Of a stretch of 64,000 nucleotides of DNA, positions 59,439 to 64,000 are shown in pieces. How positions within the stretch are numbered: the first letter of the stretch is position 1; each line of letters opens with the position of its first letter. The position numbers were made by a program, and so were the translations under genes. Source of the DNA: an uncultured virus (IMG/VR IMGVR_UViG_2645728028_000003) (taxonomy: Duplodnaviria; Heunggongvirae; Uroviricota; Caudoviricetes); IMG/VR virus record IMGVR_UViG_2645728028_000003, positions 1-64,000 of that record; one strand, given 5' to 3'. The notes below the pieces were generated by a model. The model did not search any database, was not told the origin of the DNA, and was given only the letters and a program-made list of their open reading frames with translations.

Positions 59439-59509
59439 AAAAATACCCCCACAAATAGAATTATTATCATATATGAATTATTTTCTATATTTGTAGGAAA
59501 ATTCCTTTA

Positions 59510-59722
59510 TTAAAATTCCTCTCCTTCATCAAATTTAACCCTTTTTACTTTTCCCTGATGTGTAATAATCTTCGTTTCCCCGTGATCAGGCAACACAGTG
59601 AGCCGTGCCCTTCCATCACAAACCACAATAGCAAAACTTTCTTTTTGTTCCATTATATCGATTTCTAACCTGTTTGTCTTAGGGTTTATTTCAATTGTTT
59701 TGAGCCTGTCAGCTGCTTTCAT
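59510..59722 (-). CDS. XtrA/YqaO-like phage protein
   Basis: LPDHGETKIITHQGKVKRV. Confidence 0.75.
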   Translation of the reverse strand: MKAADRLKTIEINPKTNRLEIDIMEQKESFAIVVCDGRARLTVLPDHGETKIITHQGKVKRVKFDEGEEF

Positions 59723-60079
59723 TCAGATTCCCTCCCATTTTATAATTTGATTAGGCAGGTAAGGAGAAATACTGGCTTTTTTTATTTTCCGTAACGAGCT
59801 TCTGTGCCTTTCTTGCTCCTCCATCTATAATCCGTACCTAGGTTCGCAAAAGTTGTATCGGACTTTTTCACATTCTTTGCTGGCCGGATAGGATGCTTTT
59901 TAATATAGGCAAGGCGCTCTTCCTCTGTCATTTTCCATTCGTGCACTTTACCGATCATCATAAATCAACTCCTTCTATCTTTTGTTTCCTTTATTTTTGA
60001 AGACCCCATAGTTACGCAATTAATATTAAAGACTTATAAATCAATGTATAATTAAAATCAAAAAGGCTGGTGTTTTGTA

Positions 60080-60289
60080 ATGGCTACTTATATGCAAATC
60101 CAAGAATATGTTAAAAAGACATATGGATATTCTGCAAAGTCTTGCTGGATAGCCCACATGAAAGAAGTTTGTGGACTAAAACCCAAAATGTCAGCAAGAC
60201 GGTATTCTCCAGACTCACGAGTCCACCCCTGCCCAGAATCAAAACAAACGGACATAAAAGAAGCTTTTAAACATTTCAATATGATTTAG
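60080..60289 (+). CDS. 69-aa protein resembling the small domain at the C-terminus of some RNA methyltransferases
   Basis: ATY.QIQEYV..YG..IAHMKE.CG..CPE.K..I.EAFKHF; second copy at 16784-16993. Confidence 0.65.
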   Translation: MATYMQIQEYVKKTYGYSAKSCWIAHMKEVCGLKPKMSARRYSPDSRVHPCPESKQTDIKEAFKHFNMI

Positions 60290-60401
60290 ATTATGATAGG
60301 AGGGGAAACTCTCCTATCATTTTGTTTCCCTAAATCTTCGAAATGTGCATTAAAAAGTTGGAAATGGTAAGATTAATTAAAATTTTTAAGGAGGATATTT
60401 T

Positions 60402-60602
60402 ATGGTTATCCAACCAAATATGTCATCTAAAGCAATTGTTGAAATTTGGGGAAATGCTAAGGATGTTTTTGTGAAATACAACGTTCCCATTTCGGAAGAA
60501 GCTTTAGCAACAACAGTTGAGACTCATATACTTGATTCTCTTCTAAAAGATTTAAACAGTATTGTTGGAAGTTCATCTGCTACTTGCATTGAAGGCGGCT
60601 GA
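60402..60602 (+). CDS. Hypothetical protein
   Basis: RBS AAGGAGG; followed by a terminator. Confidence 0.6.
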   Translation: MVIQPNMSSKAIVEIWGNAKDVFVKYNVPISEEALATTVETHILDSLLKDLNSIVGSSSATCIEGG

Positions 60603-60669
60603 CAACTTCCACCCAAGAAGGAGTAGGTTACTCCTTTTATTTTTTTACTGCACAACATGTGTCAAGAAT

Positions 60670-60756
60670 GCATAAAACAATTTATACTGGACAAACTATC
60701 AGGACGAGCATGGCCGAACCCCTAACCCACATCCGCTATAATTTGGTCCTTGCTCG
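60670..60756 (+). promoter_or_regulatory. sigG/sigF-like promoter followed by a leader hairpin
   Basis: GCATA-17-CAAACTA; CGAGCATGG...CCTTGCTCG. Confidence 0.55.
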
Positions 60757-60776
60757 CATTTTTCTGAGGTGATAAC

Positions 60777-60905
60777 ATGCTACAGTGGATTGATGAATAT
60801 ACTTTTACAAATGTTTATTTCGTAACAACGATTCCATTTATACTGACTTTTCTTTGGCTAATAGCATTTGCATTAACTTTAATAGCTGAGAAAAAAAGCA
60901 AATGA
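60777..60905 (+). CDS. 42-aa single-TM peptide (not in ORF track)
   Basis: MLQWIDEYTFTNVYFVTTIPFILTFLWLIAFALTLIAEKKSK. Confidence 0.7.
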   Translation: MLQWIDEYTFTNVYFVTTIPFILTFLWLIAFALTLIAEKKSK

Positions 60906-60928
60906 AACTCGCTGCTTATTTAGATTCC

Positions 60929-61126
60929 TTAATCCTCTGGATAATTAACAATGGTTTGTGATTTCTCAACTTTGAGCAAATAAACCTTACTTTCCCCCAC
61001 ATCTTCTTTTAAACCTTCTATTGCATCTTCATAATCTTTCTGTGCTTTTTCTCTTTGTTCATGAAAAATAATATCGCCAGATGCAGTGTCGTAAACCATC
61101 CACATTCCATATTCCTCCTTAATCAA
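60929..61126 (-). CDS. Hypothetical phage protein
   Basis: ORF in the early/middle operon orientation. Confidence 0.5.
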   Translation of the reverse strand: MIKEEYGMWMVYDTASGDIIFHEQREKAQKDYEDAIEGLKEDVGESKVYLLKVEKSQTIVNYPED

Positions 61127-61277
61127 TTCCTTTGCTTATTTTGTTTTAAAGTAAAAACTCGGCTTATATCCTTTAAAAAAAGGTGTCTTCTTGGAGTGAG
61201 TATTTCCGCAGCAAGGGCACTTCTTTTCATACTCTACATTGAAAGGATAACGACACAATTCACATTGCTTTATCAAA

Positions 61278-61550
61278 TTAGGACACTCCTTTTTCATTCC
61301 AGCCCCGGCCATCCAGCCATCTATCGATTCTTGCTACAAAGATATCCAATCCGCCGAGTATACCTTTTTGATCAACGTGGAGAGCATATCCAGAGAAGTC
61401 TGGCCCCTGATAAGAGCAAACACCCTGGTACTTCTCATGCTTCTGAATCAGCAGCCGTTCCTTCCCTCTAAATAATTCCATCTCCTCGCCCTGTTTTAGA
61501 TCGATGATTTGATCTTCCAAGGCGAAGGAGAATATGTCTAATTGTTTCAT
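61278..61550 (-). CDS. Hypothetical phage protein
   Basis: MKQLDIF start with RBS. Confidence 0.55.
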   Translation of the reverse strand: MKQLDIFSFALEDQIIDLKQGEEMELFRGKERLLIQKHEKYQGVCSYQGPDFSGYALHVDQKGILGGLDIFVARIDRWLDGRGWNEKGVS

Positions 61551-61643
61551 TTCCTCACCGTCCGGGAAACTTATTAATTCTGATGTTCTCACTTCCACTA
61601 AAAGGTATATAATTGGAATTAACCATGTTAATGGAGGTGTGTA

Positions 61644-61814
61644 ATGGGAAGATTTTTAACAGTTTTAATAACCCTCGGAAGTCTTATTCTCATGTACTTT
61701 TTACAGTTTATTTTTCAGTCAGAGTTTCTCTCGATGATAATTGTTTTCACGTTATTAGCTGCTATTATCATCACTCTTCAAATAAAGATTCTAAAGTCTT
61801 TAAAAGACAAGTAG
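61644..61814 (+). CDS. 56-aa two-TM moron peptide (not in ORF track)
   Basis: RBS GGAGGTG; MGRFLTVLITLGSLILMYF...KSLKDK*. Confidence 0.6.
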   Translation: MGRFLTVLITLGSLILMYFLQFIFQSEFLSMIIVFTLLAAIIITLQIKILKSLKDK

Positions 61815-61867
61815 ACATCTCTTCCTTTTTGAAGAGATTTTTTTATGAAACATAATACAAAATCTGT

Positions 61868-61999
61868 TTATCCTTTCAGCACACCGGATTTTACAAATAA
61901 ATTTCTCCAAGCCCTGGCTGTCCGTTCCTCTTCAACTTCCTTACGCCGTAGAGAAAGAGCCTTTCCTAATCTTCGTTTTTGCTTTCCTTTATTCTTCAA
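61868..61999 (-). CDS. Small basic phage protein (DUF3983-like)
   Basis: Manual translation KQKRRLGKALSLRRKEVE...AWRNLFVKSGVLK. Confidence 0.6.
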   Translation of the reverse strand: MKNKGKQKRRLGKALSLRRKEVEEERTARAWRNLFVKSGVLKG

Positions 62000-62003
62000 G
62001 GAA

Positions 62004-62168
62004 TCACCCTCTTATTTTAGGAATCTCAGATCCTCCGAGTTTTTTACAATCAGTCCCGAACTTGGATGAACATCTTCTAAATAAGGAGCAGCGTGCAGAG
62101 CACACTGCCCTTCTGGCCTCATCCTGTATCCACTTGGGGCGATCATCAGCGATGATGACATTTCCCAT
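62004..62168 (-). CDS. Small Cys-rich phage protein
   Basis: Manual translation NVIIADDRPKW...C..RC...C...C; start overlaps the upstream stop. Confidence 0.55.
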   Translation of the reverse strand: MGNVIIADDRPKWIQDEARRAVCSARCSLFRRCSSKFGTDCKKLGGSEIPKIRG

Positions 62169-62875
62169 CAGGCGATAATGATTATCTTCCCTGCTTCAAT
62201 TTCTGTGGCCAGAGCTTCCTGAAGATAAGTTTTGATATTATTCATCGCATTTAGCTTCCAGGCTCCACCATCGGCTTCAAACAATGCACACTGTGGGCCC
62301 TTTTGCATCCGGAAAATAAAATCTGATTCAGGCTGTTGGACCTCAACAAACGTTCTGTATGGGGCTAAAACAACTGGATTAGGAACAAGTACATTCCCAA
62401 CGGATGCAACCCCTGTTTTAGCAACTACCGACTGACTTACACCATCGTCTCCAACTGTCTGCACCGATTCCTCTTTGATATTGCCGACGACTTTCAGCAT
62501 GATATCCCGATCTTCATTTTTCACAAATGCTGATTGAAGCTTAATGTTGAAATTTTCCGAATCATAATAGCGATCGAAGGTGAAGGACGGCAGCATTGCT
62601 GTTGCCTGGATATATTCATTTCTGTTTTCGTTAGAATTTAATGAGCTAAATGCTAACACCTCTGTAGGACTACTAACATGGACCATCATGGTGTCCTGGA
62701 CATCAAAACCTGATTTTAGGTATTCAACTAATCCGGAAAGACTTCTTACTTCCAAAGCACGTGCAGTAGCTTCCTTGAGAAGGTGAAGTTGCTGACTTGA
62801 GTAAACCTGCCCGTTTTCTTTAAACGTACTAACATTTCCAAGACCTACAATGTATTGAATCGCTTCTTTAATCAT
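62168..62875 (-). CDS. Conserved phage protein
   Basis: VPNPVVLAPYRTFVEVQQPES..ALFEADGGAWK. Confidence 0.75.
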   Translation of the reverse strand: MIKEAIQYIVGLGNVSTFKENGQVYSSQQLHLLKEATARALEVRSLSGLVEYLKSGFDVQDTMMVHVSSPTEVLAFSSLNSNENRNEYIQATAMLPSFTFDRYYDSENFNIKLQSAFVKNEDRDIMLKVVGNIKEESVQTVGDDGVSQSVVAKTGVASVGNVLVPNPVVLAPYRTFVEVQQPESDFIFRMQKGPQCALFEADGGAWKLNAMNNIKTYLQEALATEIEAGKIIIIA

Positions 62876-62902
62876 TTATTATTCCTCCAATTTAATAGTT
62901 TT

Positions 62903-63274
62903 TTAGTTTTTAAAGTTAACAATTTTTGTTCCGCGATCATCCTGAATTTCACCAGTTTCAGTATCGTAATAGGTCTGACCCTTTACGCCTGATTTCAATT
63001 CAGCACCGGTGATTTTACCTTGGCTATCCATATCCATAATCAGCTTGGCTTCAATTTGTTTGGCTGGAGCAAGCGTGCTTTTTGCTACCACGTTTGTTAA
63101 TACGACATCCCGTTTATCATCAGCAGATAATGTAATAGTGAGTGTGAGCTTTCTGACTTTCTTTGCATCTGTATTTGGATCTGCAATGTTTTCTAGAATT
63201 TTTTGAAGCTCCACATTGGCTCTTTCAGCAAGAGCTCCTTCTGCAAATGTGTTTAAATCAATGATTTTATTCAT
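62903..63274 (-). CDS. Conserved phage protein (often annotated replication terminator protein)
   Basis: GALAER...NIADPNTDAKKVRK. Confidence 0.7.
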   Translation of the reverse strand: MNKIIDLNTFAEGALAERANVELQKILENIADPNTDAKKVRKLTLTITLSADDKRDVVLTNVVAKSTLAPAKQIEAKLIMDMDSQGKITGAELKSGVKGQTYYDTETGEIQDDRGTKIVNFKN

Positions 63275-63695
63275 TTTGACTACCTCCAATTTCCTCAATA
63301 GTGATTTCAATTCGCGGATTCTCGCTGTACCACTTGCCAATATGTAGATCCACGACCTGGCTGTCATCTTTCCATATGACTGATTTCAATGCATCCTTAA
63401 CACCTTTGACATAGTTATCAACATCCGGCTTAGTTAATGGCCTTAACTCACCCCTTTCAGCTGCTAATGCTTTTTTCTTACTGAAACTCTTCAGAGAAGG
63501 TTTAAAAATTTCTACTTTCATGGATATGGGTCCAGTAATTAATTGGGATGGCCGGTGCTGGGAAGCTACGAGCTTCACATATTTTTTAAAGTCCTTGGAC
63601 TTTGCGGGGTCATACATTCTTACCTGTCCATTGATTGTTGAAGCACGAGGGCGACCTTGTGCGACTGGTTCACCATAAACAGTGAATGTTATCAT
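63267..63695 (-). CDS. rusA: RusA Holliday junction resolvase
   Basis: PVAQGRPR, KPDVDNYVK, DAL, WKDDSQV. Confidence 0.95.
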   Translation of the reverse strand: MITFTVYGEPVAQGRPRASTINGQVRMYDPAKSKDFKKYVKLVASQHRPSQLITGPISMKVEIFKPSLKSFSKKKALAAERGELRPLTKPDVDNYVKGVKDALKSVIWKDDSQVVDLHIGKWYSENPRIEITIEEIGGSQNE

Positions 63696-64000
63696 CAGTA
63701 GCCCTCCTCTTGACGTTGCAGGTTAATTTGATGTTTTGAATGATATGCCTGTTCTATTTCTATCCAACTAAATCCAAGCATTTTTCCAAGACCAAGATAC
63801 TGTGATACCAATTCCGAGTAGGTCATAACATCATAATCTCTGGAAAAATCAGCGATCTCTCTATACACTGTCTGAAACTGTTCAATAATCGATTGTGTAT
63901 CATCCGTGGTAATCCAGTAAGTGGGATAATCTTCATCGATCAGACATTCCTCTGACAGTTCTGAACCGATTTCTAGAATAAAGCTGAGCCCGTCCACATA
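63695..64000 (-). CDS. Dimeric dUTPase (dUTPase_2), 3' part; start outside the window
   Basis: DGLSFILEIG...LGFSWIEIEQAYHSKHQINLQRQEEGY. Confidence 0.8.
   Translation of the reverse strand, partial: YVDGLSFILEIGSELSEECLIDEDYPTYWITTDDTQSIIEQFQTVYREIADFSRDYDVMTYSELVSQYLGLGKMLGFSWIEIEQAYHSKHQINLQRQEEGY

Larger units (their letters stand above)
18218..64000 (-). mobile_element. Element A: largely intact siphovirus-like prophage, continues beyond the window
   Basis: Complete terS-terL-portal-head-tail-lysis order plus accessory end abutting the att. Confidence 0.9.

Noticed and set aside
1..64000. tRNA/rRNA genes and an intact integrase or repressor
   Set aside because: None recognised by eye; the lysogeny module of element A should lie beyond the window

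Overview
A low-GC Bacillaceae-type chromosomal window made almost entirely of prophage DNA stacked at the 3' end of glnA (glutamine synthetase). A 57-bp copy of the glnA 3' end (MFRTQVHPWEREQYMSMY*) occurs at 2544-2600 and 18161-18217 and divides the window into three elements. Element C (468-2543) is a heavily deleted cos/HK97-type remnant. Element B (2601-18160) is a decayed prophage rich in cargo: an FtsK/replication-relaxation module, a TIR protein, a GNAT, a DNA ligase and a Gly-rich repeat protein. Element A (18218 to beyond 64000, minus strand) is a largely intact siphovirus-like prophage with packaging, head, tail and lysis genes and a 17-kb accessory end. Several signals not named by the ORF track were read from the sequence. 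(1) dif-like Xer sites with conserved flanks bracket two related cargo cassettes, and another lies between terL and portal. (2) A family of ~30-bp imperfect palindromes lies at cassette borders. (3) An IS110 has inserted into one of these palindromes, and its target and donor bridge-RNA guides are readable. (4) Two parallel att-proximal ATPase + membrane-protein modules resemble minimal DNA-transfer systems. (5) There are candidate defence operons and sigH-, sigG- and SOS-type promoters on cargo genes. All family calls come from motif recognition by eye; no searches were run.
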